DNA from: Hyphochytrium catenoides
Lineage: Eukaryota; Protista; Hyphochytriomycota
Direction of reading: 5' to 3'
Length of the DNA: 40,775 nt
Assembly (NCBI GenBank): GCA_900088475.1
Contig: FLMG01002572.1
Coordinates: 1-40,775, forward strand
Shown: positions 12,649 to 24,779 of the stretch, in pieces
How the letters are laid out: the number at the start of each line of letters is the position of its first letter
How positions within the stretch are numbered: the first letter of the stretch is position 1
The notes under the pieces: generated by a model
Told to the model about the DNA's origin: nothing
Databases searched by the model: none
Seen by the model: only the letters and a program-made list of their open reading frames with translations
Made by a program: the position numbers and the translations under genes

Positions 12649-14117
12649 CGATTCCGCAGAATGTCCAGAGTAGCACGCCTACATTGGGCCTTAGCCTGCA
12701 GGGAAACACGTCGTTCTCTTGTCTGTCTTATTCTTAGCTCTTTCCTAGGTCTCTGTTTTCCTTTTCCTCTCTCCTTCCGCGTCTTTTATTTAACGAACTT
12801 CTTTGAGATCCAAATGCATTGGCTACACGCTCGTCTGTGTGCCTAGAGGAAGTCACACAGAGTGACAGACAAACAGCTTGAAGAGCTCTATAACTTATAG
12901 ATAAGCTTAAACAATCGGAGCGGACCAACAGACAAAATCGTTGGCGCTTCATTCCCACACATATAGGTATCTGCCCCTTTGATCTAATGAACTTTTTGCC
13001 TAACGTGGAAGTTGTCGTATGAGATAAGCCATAGCAAAGTTCCTGCCTACTGCCTAGTCCTTGATTACCTATCGCCGTTGACTCAGTGCAGTTCCTCATA
13101 TCTAAGCCATGGACGGATGGGAAAGTTATGACCCAAATGGGACCTTAAGGTCAACAGGAGGTGAGCTGAAGTCATCAGAAAGGTTGGGCTACAGCCTTCA
13201 AGGACCGAGTCTTTGGTCTGAGAGGTCATCTGCTCTCATCCGATATGGTTCTTGTTGGCGCCGATGGGCATGAGCTTGAGTAGGTGATAGGTACAGGGAG
13301 GCAAGGTGGATGGATCATGATGATTATTGGTCACTAGGCTCACCATCCTCCAATTGTCCGTACTTTCCTCATCCTTCTTTAGTGCTCTTGGTCTCTCGAT
13401 TTCTTAGGCGCACAGCTTCTCCTACTTCCGTTGAATGCATTGCCTGCAGAAGCATGGCGTCCGTCACGCGAACGATGGATGGGACAAAGTTCGTGGCCAC
13501 ACCCACAACCATCACAAGGGCGTAAGGTGGAAGTCAAGCACGCGGTGTGCCAACTTCTGCCTTGTGTTGGCACCTGGCCCCAACAAGTGGGCGCTAGGTC
13601 CACTTCCGACTAAGGAAAAAGGCAATCCAGACCCCGCAAAGCTGATAAGCTAGCTTTGTTCATCCCTTGCCTATCCCGCCTCAAGACCACATCTCTGCTC
13701 ATCCTCCTTCTGTTGTTGAGTGTGGAAACGAGTGCTGTCCGGCTCTGCGTTAACCAACCGGCAGTCATTCGTGAAGGGGAGCGACGGAAAGAGCACCATC
13801 GTACACTTGAAAGGACTGCTTTCGCTAGGCGAATAGACATTGGGCCATGGAGCTAAGAGGGGCGGCTGGAGGTGTGAGTGTGTGTGGAATGGGGGATAGA
13901 TCCTTCTTCGCAATGTTAAAGCAAGCTGAAGCTATCGGATTTCATAAAGATAGATTGTTGAGAGTGATCCGCTCACTCTTTTCCAGGTATATTATCGTGA
14001 CAGAGGTCGGTATTGTACAACAGAATGGGGAGCTACACCTTGACAGATCAATCCCGGGCGAGAGACATGCCGCAACTACACAGCAGCAGAGAGGGCGACG
14101 TTTGGAGGTGGTGGCTT

Positions 14118-17100
14118 CTAGAGGGAAAAGCGCTCCTGCAAAGCGCTTCTTCCCTGCTCTTCTCCTGTCCCATAGTTTTCCGCCACTGCTACGTCCACTG
14201 ACTTCGACAAGTTGGCATTATAGTAAAGGAAATGATGGTACTGGAAGTAAGCCAAGATCTCGACGAAGCCAACGTCACTGCTTTGCTCCTCGTTTCCTCC
14301 TTCGTCGCTTTCTCCTTCCATCATGGTCGCCGACCTCAGCACTGTGATATTCTTCTCGTGGGTTGGTCTTACCTCCCCTAAGGTCAAACCTACTACCTGT
14401 GGTGTCTCTCCCTGCGACTGAGACACCGCTGGAGAGGAAGGATTGGGTTCCGATGGGGCGACGTAGGACTTCCTCTTTTTTAGGAGCTCCACTTCCTTTT
14501 TGTGGAACGCTTCCGCCGCAATCTTACCGTCCTCGGCAGTGAGCTTGTTCTTCTTTTTCGCTGCTGCTTCCTGCTCAGGCGCATGACAGAAGCAGTGGGA
14601 TTAGCCACCGATCACAGGAAGAATTTTAAAGCGATGAGTCCGTCCGTGCGCGTAGAAGTGCTTCAAGGCAGAAGAGCATAAATGGACGAGCCACTGAAGA
14701 CGCACTCTCTACCCAGAAAAGATGTGGGGAAGAGAACCGAAGCATATCCTACCCTTTGTGCTTGTCTAAAGGCATCAATGCCTCGATCCAAGGCCTTCAC
14801 AAGAGAGAGTATCATATTGTTGGAAGATCCACGGTTCTTCAGACTCCATCCATCCTCCTAGAGCAACCATAACGCGATCGGTTGACATAGGAAGATGGAA
14901 GTCAGTCTGAGCTATAGTAGCCCACGGGGGGGCCACACTTCGTTGAACATCCAAGGCTTATGTTCCTATCCTGCGGTAGTCAACCCACTGTCTGGAGCTC
15001 TCCCCGTAGGGGCATGGTAGCCCCTCATCAAACCCATCGTCTTCTCCTCTCTCACATTAGGCTTCTATCTCGTTTGGTCATGAAACCTTTGGTGCCCTCC
15101 TGCTTGCCTGTCCCCTTTTTGCTCCTCTATCGCCCTTAGTCCTTACAGTTATTAGAGTCGCACCTTGAGAAATATCTTGAGCATGCAGCTTTCGTAGCCT
15201 TCACTCTTCGGTGGAAAGGCATGCACAACATCTTGGGCGTACATAATGTTCAGCAGCTGCGGAGTGCGGTAAAGTAGGCGCATTCGTGCGGCAAACCTAA
15301 GGCCCAGAAGGGTTAGGCAACACCAAGAGGGTCATCAGCAACTAGACAAAGAGGTAGTTTAAGGACCACCGGAAGGGGAAGTGAAGGTTCACTATGACAG
15401 TCGATCGGTATCCGTTGGACTAACTAAGTAAAGGTAGGCATAAGAAAGAGAAGCCGCCTAGAAGGGGTGTGAAGGACGTCAGCTACGAACCAAAATTAGC
15501 GAGCTTAAGAATGGAGGCACCTGAAGAAAGTTACTCACCCGGCATCACCAGCCTTGGGGGTCCCGAAGCCCACGACAGTAATCTTGTCAGTGGAAAGCCC
15601 CATTGACTTGACCTCATCCCCAAGCTTGAGAGCAAGCACTTGAGATAGCATTCCACCCATCGAGTACCCGGTAATATGGATTGGGGTACCCTCCTTCACA
15701 TACGACAAGAGAAGCGAGAGAAGGCCTTCTTCCATCATGTCTTGGAAATACTTATATACTGTCTCATGAACCCGCACAGTCTTGGCTTTCTCAATAACCT
15801 CTGGAGGGGCGGATGGAGCTTTCAGGGAGACAGAAGCAGGGTAAGTTCTTTATCTACCACCACTCCCGCTATCATGCCCTTCTAAAGGTCACCACACAGG
15901 TCTTTGGACAGGTAAAGAGTAGCCTGGATGGCATGACATGGGTCTCTCAGGCTCCAGACGGTAAATTTTTAAGGCGGAATACGAAAAGAAGCTGGAGAAA
16001 GCTGAGACAGAGAGGAGGCTCACCATCCTGCGCAATACGGTCCACGGGTTGCAAGTCCATAAACTCTGTAAGCCGTCTGTTCAAACCCATACTCCACATA
16101 TTCTCAAAAGACTGTCGAATGCGAGTTCTTTCGCCATCAGTCCAAGCTTTGGAAAGAGGCCGCCAAATCTGATCGAACAGAGCTGTAGCAGTCTGCCAGT
16201 CGCCTTAGATTGTGTAGAGGGAAAAGGCAGAGGAGGGATGAGCCAGGCCGCATAACATGGGAAAGGGACGTTATAGGAATGCTAGTCCATACACCAAAGA
16301 ACTTAGGTAACTTCATAAAAGCGTACCTGTCAGCGGAGCGGAGACAACTTCTAGAGTAGAGGTCCACGATAAATTCTTAAAGTCTGACATCATCTAATGG
16401 ACCAAGGCGTTGGCGTCAAAAAGGTCCTTAAAGCCCCTTCAACGATCAAGTAACCATTCTTCCCTCTATCTCCTCGATCGTCCTCCCTACCACGTTCCTC
16501 ATTGCCAAACAGAATTTATCTCCTAGCTCAGAACCCTCCCCTAGCCCGAACACTCATCATTTTCGCCATGGCATCTCCCTGGGTCTTACCTGTCTGAACT
16601 CCTCATCAGCCCAACCCGACCAGAAATCTCCCCAGAACTCCTTGATAGTGTCAGGTGTACCAGCGGGACTCAGGACCACCAGGACCTGAAGCAACCAACA
16701 AGCCTTTACTTAGTCTACTTAGTGGGTTCAGTATGTAGGCGGGGACAGAAACCCCACACGCACAACAAATAGAGCGGAAGCATATGTACCTCTCGCTTTG
16801 AACTCCCTTCAACAGTCTCCCAGACGTTGCACCTAAGGAAGCGTGAGAGCATTGATAGAAGGAGAAGGTAAGGCATTTACAAATGGGGTCGAATGAGAAT
16901 AACGCCGCGATCAACAATGTAAAGGTTCCCGATACCTGGCGCTATGGCTTGTGTTCTTGAATATGGCCTTCAAGTTATATGTCAAGCCGTTGGGGTCTCG
17001 CCTGTTCGGCTTCACCTTCACTCCTAACGAACATAGAAAGCCGTAAGCCGTAATCGTAATAGGAGCAGGGTCGTTTAACAGCGTCCGCAGCGCCTCATGA

Positions 17101-19571
17101 AAATGATCAGGGTCAAGTGGCAAAGACAAAAGTGAGGACCCTCATTAGCATGTGACCGTACCAACGTCCCACAGTACGTTTCTGTTGCCATCAGCATCCT
17201 CGTTGAGCACATCATTTTCCTTCATCTACGAGGAAAGGGTTAGCTGAGACTGTTCCTTCCTGCTCTAACCCCTCTCTCCTGTTATGGTACCATTCTCCTA
17301 GTTGTACATACACCGGGACTACTTTGGCGGCTGCCGACTTATCTGATAGCGTGTAAGACCTCCACAAGTTCCATCGGCTTACCATTGAAAACTTGGCTGA
17401 TAGGAGGAGTAGAGGCTTTGAGCTTCGAAGTATCTGATTGCCGTAGACAAAGTCCTTGTGCCTTCTAATCAGCAAAGTCGATACCTCTTTCTATTGATAG
17501 CACATGGATTAGAGGAAGATCATGGTGAAGGGTTCAACTCCAATCATCAGCAGTGGCAATTCGAGAGCTGAAGGCCTCCAATTAGTTAGTCGAGCTTTGT
17601 CTAGGGCTTCTGGATACCTCGAAAGCCCCAATAACGTCTAGATCTTGGGTCACAGGTGTCCTAAGCTCAATCTCCTCTCGTACAGTGACGAGCACATATC
17701 TGCCGCACAGGACGGACATTAGTTCGAAAGCAGGATCGAAGACCCGTGCTAGAATCGTACTTACCTCTGGGCGCCTTGCACGTCTGCCAGCGTAACATGT
17801 ACTCCGTATTGCTCTTGTTGTTGGTGGGCCAGTCGAATGGCACTCGACGGGTTAAGGCCTCTCCCGTGTCTAATGGTAATTATGAAAGCACCTGGGCACC
17901 AATCCTTCTTTAGACGGCGAAGGATTCCTGGCGTTTTAAGGAACATTACACCTATATTGAGAGGTATGTCAATGTGTGCCTCAGGAAAAGTGGGTTGGGA
18001 TAGATGGCTTCAAGAATAGCACGAGTCGGGGGAAACAGGATGAGAAGGGACAAAGAGGGAGAGAAAGGACATTGGGTGCAGACGCAGACGCTAGAGCAGA
18101 AACCCCGGTCAGCAAAGACTTCAAGAGAGGCAAGCTTGAGACGGGGAGGTCATTTAAGCGACAAGAGCTGAACACCTACCCTTATTATCGTCCTTGTCAA
18201 GGCTCAACTTCCTCCTGGATCTCGGCACGAAGTGATCGCTGACCAATGCCCCCAGAAACAGAAGGGCATGATGTCTGACGGGGGACAGAGCACGGCAACA
18301 TGCACGGAGGAGAAAGAGATATTCCTCCACCGTGAAAAAAGGAATAGGTAGGATGAACTCCTGTGCCGCCTTGGATTCGTCTAGTAGGCCTTTAACAATA
18401 CTCATATGCCTGCTCTCCGCCTTTGAGCCACTAACAATTGCGTTGATTTCCTCCTGCATGATCAGCGTTATCGGCAGGATGGATAAAGTCAGAGGAAAAG
18501 CCGGTAGTGAGGATTGAGCTTTTGAGGTAACAGGAACGTAGGGACAGCATGGAGAGGAGGTCGCAAAATGAACCAGGAAAAGGCGAACTAGAACTTCCAG
18601 CTCTCCCCGCGGCCGCTCAAAAGGTGTAGTCCTTCACTCACGTGTAGTCGTTCTGCCCAGTTCTTGTTCCTGAAGAAGGTGCTGACATGGCGAAGAAAGG
18701 GTTGAATGGACTCTTGGCGATGGAGATAGATCACCTAATCGACAAAGAATTTAGGGTCCCCCCTTGTTGCAGGAACCATGCCTCTGTCCTTCTTTTGACA
18801 TAACTTCTCTGTCTTCAACCCTGCTTCCCATCTAGCACTGTTCCCTTTGCCCCTCCCCCTTCGATGCGACAACACGCCGGGTCCTCCTTCTTTTGCACCT
18901 CTATAATTTCCTCTTCATCTTCTGCGCTGATCCAACTTCTCTCGTGTCTCATGGATGGAAAGGCTACACCACCCTATAATACATACCGCATAATTGTTTC
19001 TGACAAGATTTTCTGTGAAGGCCGCGGGCCGATTCCCGTTAGACCTTCCTTCAACCCACTTGCTAAGCTCGTCGTTCAGAGGGACTACGGTGCACCCAGC
19101 TGTAACTAACGCTAGACGTCGCCTACCAATATTGCGCTCAACGAAGGCCTGACCGACGAACGTGTAGAAAGGGTCAGTGATAAGGGCTTAGCACAAGCAC
19201 GCAGGAAAGATATACAATAGAACAAAGGATGTAGCCCAGAGCCACGTAGGTAACGAAGATCGGCAGAGAGAGGGGATGGAAAGCTGCCGGACCACCAGTG
19301 AGACGAACATAAAAGGACTATCAAGCCCCCACCTCGCTTGGGAGCTTTAACAGCCAAAACCAGTGAACGAAGGGAAAGGGCTAACTCATGTTCTTCTAGA
19401 GACATTGGAGAGCACAAGTGGCGAACGCACCTTTAGTTTATCTTCAGTCTCACCCAAATTTGCCGGTGGGACACTTTTATCGAAGAACTTGTCAATGTAT
19501 TCATCGGTCGTGTGGTCAGCAGTGGCAGCCGAGTAACCGACACTCTTAACGATCGATTGCCAAAGCGACAT
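14118..19571 (-). CDS. Fusion protein: N-terminal degenerate phosphopantothenate-cysteine ligase (PPCS/CoaB)-like domain + C-terminal class-3 (fungal-type) lipase, ~845 aa, 17 exons
   Basis: Exons 19571-19431, 19148-18987, 18734-18642, 18453-18180, 17951-17765, 17699-17618, 17490-17383, 17225-17162, 17023-16936, 16832-16790, 16685-16590, 16393-16327, 16203-16024, 15800-15539, 15296-15164, 14857-14753, 14570-14118 sum to 2538 nt with no internal stop. PPCS-like: LALVTAGCTVVPL, YAVIYLHRQES.QPF.RH, IPFFTVEEYLFLLR, LFLGALVSDHFVP, DWCPGAFII, LIRRH. Lipase_3: VLVVLSPAGT..IKEF.GDF, VRVH, IHITGYSMGG, VVGFGTPKAGD..FA, NIMYAQDVVHAFPP..EGY, YFQYHHFLYY. Confidence 0.82.
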
Positions 19572-21617
19572 CTTCTGTTTCTTCCTCTCTTATGCTTCTT
19601 CTCCGCTTCTGTCTAGGCTCCGCTTCGAGACAGATGAGGAAATCAAGGCTAGAAGCAAGCCTCCTCGACTGACGGTGACACAGAAGAGGACCGATTGTTT
19701 AATGCTCAGGATTGCAGTGTAGTCCGTGCCACGATGCAAGCCCAGGTGCTGTTGATGGAGTAACGTCCGGAACAGAGTAAGACCGTGCTGGGAGCATCAC
19801 AGTGATCGACGAGTAAAAACTTTTCTCCGTTACATGTCCGCTTGCCTCTTAGGTGGCTTCAGGAGCTCTGTTTCTGTCAGCTTGCAGAGTCTGTGCGGCG
19901 ACAGTGCAACCGGCTCCTCTCTCTGCCAAGCTCTTCCTTTCCCTTCTGATGGAAGAGCAGGCTACGGGGATTTACGACGTCGGATGGAGTTCTGCGTGAA
20001 GGTGCATCACGGTGGTTGCAGGCGAGACAGAGGACTAGACAGAGTGCCTCGAATATGGGACTTGCTGCTAGTCGTTAATAGTGAATAGGGAAGACAGAGG
20101 CTGAATGAACATAAGAGTTGAGATACACTACTCGATGGACTCACTATCTTCTGCCCCAAATCATGTCATCTCTCCCTCTGCTTTCCCATATCTCCACTGG
20201 ACTATATCCGCTTTATCTTATTACTCTGACTCGCTTGCGGTTGTTACTCTGACTAATCTCCTCCCACCCATCAAACAAGCCGAGAATAAGAACATTTGGT
20301 CAGAACGGAAACGGACTTGTATCTGACATTCTTCCTGTCTTAGTCGCTTATTCCTAATATCCAGATCAAAAACTTTTTATAACCGCTAGCCAATATGCAA
20401 AGGACTGCGCTATCTTATATTAACCCCGACAATGAACTCGCTCTGCCCCTAGAATAGTCGCATACTCGGGCAGATGACAGAGAGACAACATTACGAACTG
20501 GTGGGGGAGAGAGATGGCGCTCAGATATTATTCATAGGAAGATTCTTAGCTGGAGTTGAGTGACGGTGTGGGCAGTGTGGATGACGATGGATGATTATCA
20601 AGTGCTTGAGCAGCCAAAAGGACGGAGCACTGAGCTCGTGGTGGCGTCCTTTCTAAGCGTCACACTCAGACTGTCACCATCACTACCATAATAGGGAGCA
20701 GATAAAGGCCGACATTGGTGCTTTCTCCCAGATCTGATCTATGTTCTGTCCTCATCATGACAACGCCGCGACAAGGGCAAAGCCCTGGGGTTCCTCTTAC
20801 TATCACCATCTCAAAAGTGCTGCTGCATTGTCTTTGACTAATAAGCCATGATAGACTATCGCTTTCTTCTATACACACACTCGCGCAGTCTGCCCTTCTA
20901 AAGTTCGAAGAGAGAGAATTGCACTCACATTCGTCCCACAACATTGTCATGGTGGAGCAGCAGGACAGACACGCAAAGCTTAGAAAAGGTTAACGGATTG
21001 TTCACGATATAGTTAGGCTTCTAGATAGCTCTTGACGAAGGAAACGCGAGCCTCCCACATGGGTCACACCTCTTTCTTACACAGATAATTCTCAAGCTTA
21101 TACTTTGTGCTGTCCGCCTGGGCGTTTATAGCGCAAGATGTAACCAAAGAGCAACTATAGCACCGCCACTATGAAACAGCCCCCGGTTATCAGAAATGTT
21201 ATCTTGAGGCTGCGCGACCCGTGATACTTTACGCGTATGGAAGCGGATTGGCTATCATGCCACGATTCCATGTCCATCTGGGCAGAAAAGCCTGGCGCAC
21301 CATGTGATAATACCGTGTGGAGTCACACGTTGCCTATTGATGTGCCACCAAACGTGTGATAGCCCCTAGTCCCTGTGCTTAAGCGTCCTCCGGGCTCACT
21401 ACCGAAGAGTTTCTAGTACTGGGAATGTATGGGCTTTCGCCCCCGCTTTTGTTGGGATCCCTTTGCTTTTGCGAAAGACGATTTCTCTCACGTCGGCACG
21501 CGTACCTGGAGAGATCAACCAGCGTCAGACTCATGAACTCTACTAGGCCCTACAAGCCTCCATCCCTTACCATGAGAGCGGGCCTACGGCAAGAAACACC
21601 GGAAAGCCTACATCTAG

Positions 21618-22413
21618 GGCCTTCTTGGTACACCCTGGCGAGCAAGGGAGCGAAGATATGAATATTTGCAAACATGGAAAGCATAATGCATAGCCACGAG
21701 CAGCAAGCACGTACGATGGATTCTGTATCGGTTTCCTCCTACCAATAAGGCTGCAAAGGCTGCCAAGGTGAAAGATCCCTGGAGGCAAGGGATATTCCAG
21801 GGATTTGTAATGGTGGCCAACACCTCATCATTACTCGGCTTCTGTGGCCTACCATCCTGCTTCCCCGACGTGGACGACATTGCAACAGATCGTCTGCCTT
21901 TGCAGCAGATCGTCTGCCTCTCAGACCACTAGAGTTTGCAGCACTTCGCAATAAACAGCTGCAAGTTGTAGTCTCGGTTTGCTTCGAGCTCTACGATGCT
22001 GACTGTGTGTACCTGGATGGTTAATGCGACCAGATAGCTAGGGACTCCTTGTTGTGTCCGCTACCATTAGGCGAGCAGAAATGCGTCGCCGGGAAGAATG
22101 CCCGTCCAAGCTCTTGAGCTCCGGCGGCTAGCACCAACAGGCAGCAAGCAGCACCCAGATACCAGATATCCACTTCGGCGTGGTGGCCGTATTGCCTTGC
22201 TTGAGCTCTTGATTGCTCAGTCTTCGTTCCTGCTGCTCACTCAAGGAGCACATCGAGTATGTGGAGACAGACGAGGAAGCACCAACCCCTATGAAAGTCA
22301 CGCACACGCAAGCTCCAGAGATGAGAATCGATGAAGTAGATGGTATCTATTCCGGAGAAAGGCCTTTAGGATACGGAATCAGGACTGTCTCGTGTCAGTT
22401 ATTTGTTATTTGA
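21618..22413 (+). pseudogene. Possible decayed coding relic with a frameshifting 20-nt tandem duplication, unassigned
   Basis: TTGCAACAGATCGTCTGCCT (21880-21899) and TTGCAGCAGATCGTCTGCCT (21900-21919); removing one copy joins two protein-like frames; scattered stops; no family recognised. Confidence 0.2.
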
Positions 22414-23432
22414 GAGAGTTTACGTACATCGTGCTGCTGAATTCTACAACAGTATCTGGAAAAGAAGACATTATTAATACCGTGCCATCCTCGAGGCACG
22501 TTTACATAATAAAGCTCTACTCCTGTTAGTAACAGGTAATCAGCAGCACAAGCCACAACCCTTTGATTAGGATGACATAGAAGTAGTCTTGGCCTGACAC
22601 TCAGCTGTTAATCACTAGCTGTCATAGTGGTAGTAGTGGTGCAGCTGGTGGTGCTAGGTGAGCCATCGTAAGGGATAAGCCGAGAAGAATCTAGTGTCAA
22701 GGGCGTCGTGGTGGTGGATGAGGCTTTAGATCAAAGATGCGATAGCGATAAGAATTGAACCACATTGTCTAGGGGCGAGCTGAGTACGGAAGTGGCCCAG
22801 AGGTCTCTGGGGTAAGTGTACGTTGCCTACGGCATAGTAGTTTGAGTGTTAATCAAGGTTCTGGTCAATGGAGTCGTGCAAAGTTGGTCAAGGTTCCTTG
22901 GTCAATCGAGACGTGCACGCTGTAGTAAGGATATTCTGCTCAGGAAGGGAAGGATCCAGTACAGTCAGTTCTGAGGAATGACGCAGTCAGAAAGATGCAA
23001 TTGAGAATCCAATTCAGAAGAAGTGCGTTTTACTTTGATGAAACCCGTAAAACAAAGCTTGGTGAAGCCGAAGAAACAGCACACCTTTATGGATATGTTT
23101 GGCTTAGGAATTGAGGTGGGTCCTGCGAGACATGCACAAGGAACAAAGAAGACGGTGCTACCTTTGTGCGAATCGCCGGAGACGCTTTGTCTCCAGATCA
23201 GAGACATAAGACATAACTAGGTTGAACCTTGGCTGCTGTATAGTAGCCCACCACGCTTGTTAGAGGACCAGATGGTATTAGCGTAATTACTTCAGGTTAT
23301 GAACGATCAAGCAGAGCTTGATAAGATGAAAAGACTATTGCTCATCGAGCCGACAGGCAAGAATAATGACTCGCCACGCAAGGAGGAAGAAGAAGGATTG
23401 TGGGTTCTGTACACTAAGAATGCGTAACCCAA

Positions 23433-23768
23433 TCAATAATGTGGATCCACCCTGCGAATCCAGTTCTGTAGTAAGGTGTTCGTGTGAGACCACTATCGTC
23501 CAAGGTTCTCAAACGGAAGAAGCTCTCACCTTGTAGTCGGGATCATATAGAAACTCATTCTTGCCAAGGAATAGAATATCCGTGACGATTAGAATGAAAA
23601 GCATCATAGCCAAGGTCACCTGTCAAAGATTATAAGCTTCCCATGAACATCCATAGCGTCAAGATCGGTACTTACCCACTGAGGCCAGTACGATCCAGCT
23701 GCGGCAGCAATAAATAGAAGCAACACTAGAAGTGCAACCTCAATACGATGCCTCATGGATGACAACAT
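23433..23768 (-). CDS. 71-aa two-TM membrane microprotein of unknown function (3 exons)
   Basis: Exons 23768-23676, 23619-23530, 23465-23433; introns GTAAGT..GACAG (56 nt) and GTGAGA..TACAG (64 nt), both phase 0; protein MLSSMRHRIEVALLVLLLFIAAAAGSYWPQWVTLAMMLFILIVTDILFLGKNEFLYDPDYKNWIRRVDPHY*. Confidence 0.8.
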
Positions 23769-24779
23769 AGTGCCTATTCTGTTGGTTCAAAATTTTCCCG
23801 GGACACACCGAGTAGGATTGCGATCTTCAAAAGAAAGGGACCGCTAAGGAGTAACCTTAAGTCTCGGGGGAGGGACGGTCGTCGTGCCTTTAGGGGATAA
23901 TATCCCGACAGACGTTGAAGAGTCAGCTTTCGATAAAAGCCGTAGTGACTACAACGATGCTCACCGTTCCTAAGAAGTCGCAAGCTACAAACAACACCCG
24001 TCGATGAGCCCTATGATTCCAGTAAATAGCTCGTCTGAAGGAGGTCTTCAGAGGCCGTCCTGTAATAAAATCAGCAATGTGGAGGCGACACAGAAGTGTC
24101 AAGCCGCCAGCTACATTCTCGCAGCTTTGACAGATCTATGAGGAGTGTCAAGAGACTTTCCTCTCAGCCTTTACGTTGTACGGAGATTCTCCAGCTCTTC
24201 TTCCTCGGACAGGTAGAATACAAACAATCTTGAAGGCCTTGTACAGAAAGAATACGTTTTTACATTATTTGGGTCAACAGTGAAATTGTAGATTCCTCTA
24301 GTCCAGGATTTGGAACATGAGATATACTATTGAGAATATAATATATAAGTATCACAAATGACGCTTCTGTGACCGGCGTCCGCTAACGCCCTCCTGCCGC
24401 GAAAGTAAGGTTTATAGAGAAATAATGAACGCTGCCCTTCGTGAAGTGAAGCAGAGTCAGAACTGCAGTACGAGTTTCTATGGCTGATGCCAGTACTTGG
24501 CGAGTTCTATGAGTTCTTGCTTGCATTTACCTGCTCCTCCCATTCCAAGGCCTCTCTGTGGACTGCAGGTAGCGGCGGACGGCATCGGCTTCCGCCAATC
24601 GGTAATACTCTTTTCCTTATGTGCCGTAGATTCAACACCTGGACGCTAGTCAGCAGTGGGCGAGGCTTTCGCAGCATATACCTCTTTCTGTACTTCCTGC
24701 TGCAAGCTTTCTTTCCGACCTCCCCTATTGACGGGGTCCTTCTGATACTTTTGCTTGTGTTTGCTAAGGGTACGTCAAT

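Noticed and set aside
13480-13550. GRKVEVKHAV resembling the end of an RRM
   Set aside because: No RNP1/RNP2 motifs in frame; too short to be significant
13847-14347. 166-aa plus-strand ORF
   Set aside because: Half of it is antisense to the last lipase exon; no motif
24350-24760. Minus-strand intron-like segments upstream of the microprotein gene
   Set aside because: No ATG-initiated frame before the divergent RPUSD2 start; at most UTR or non-coding
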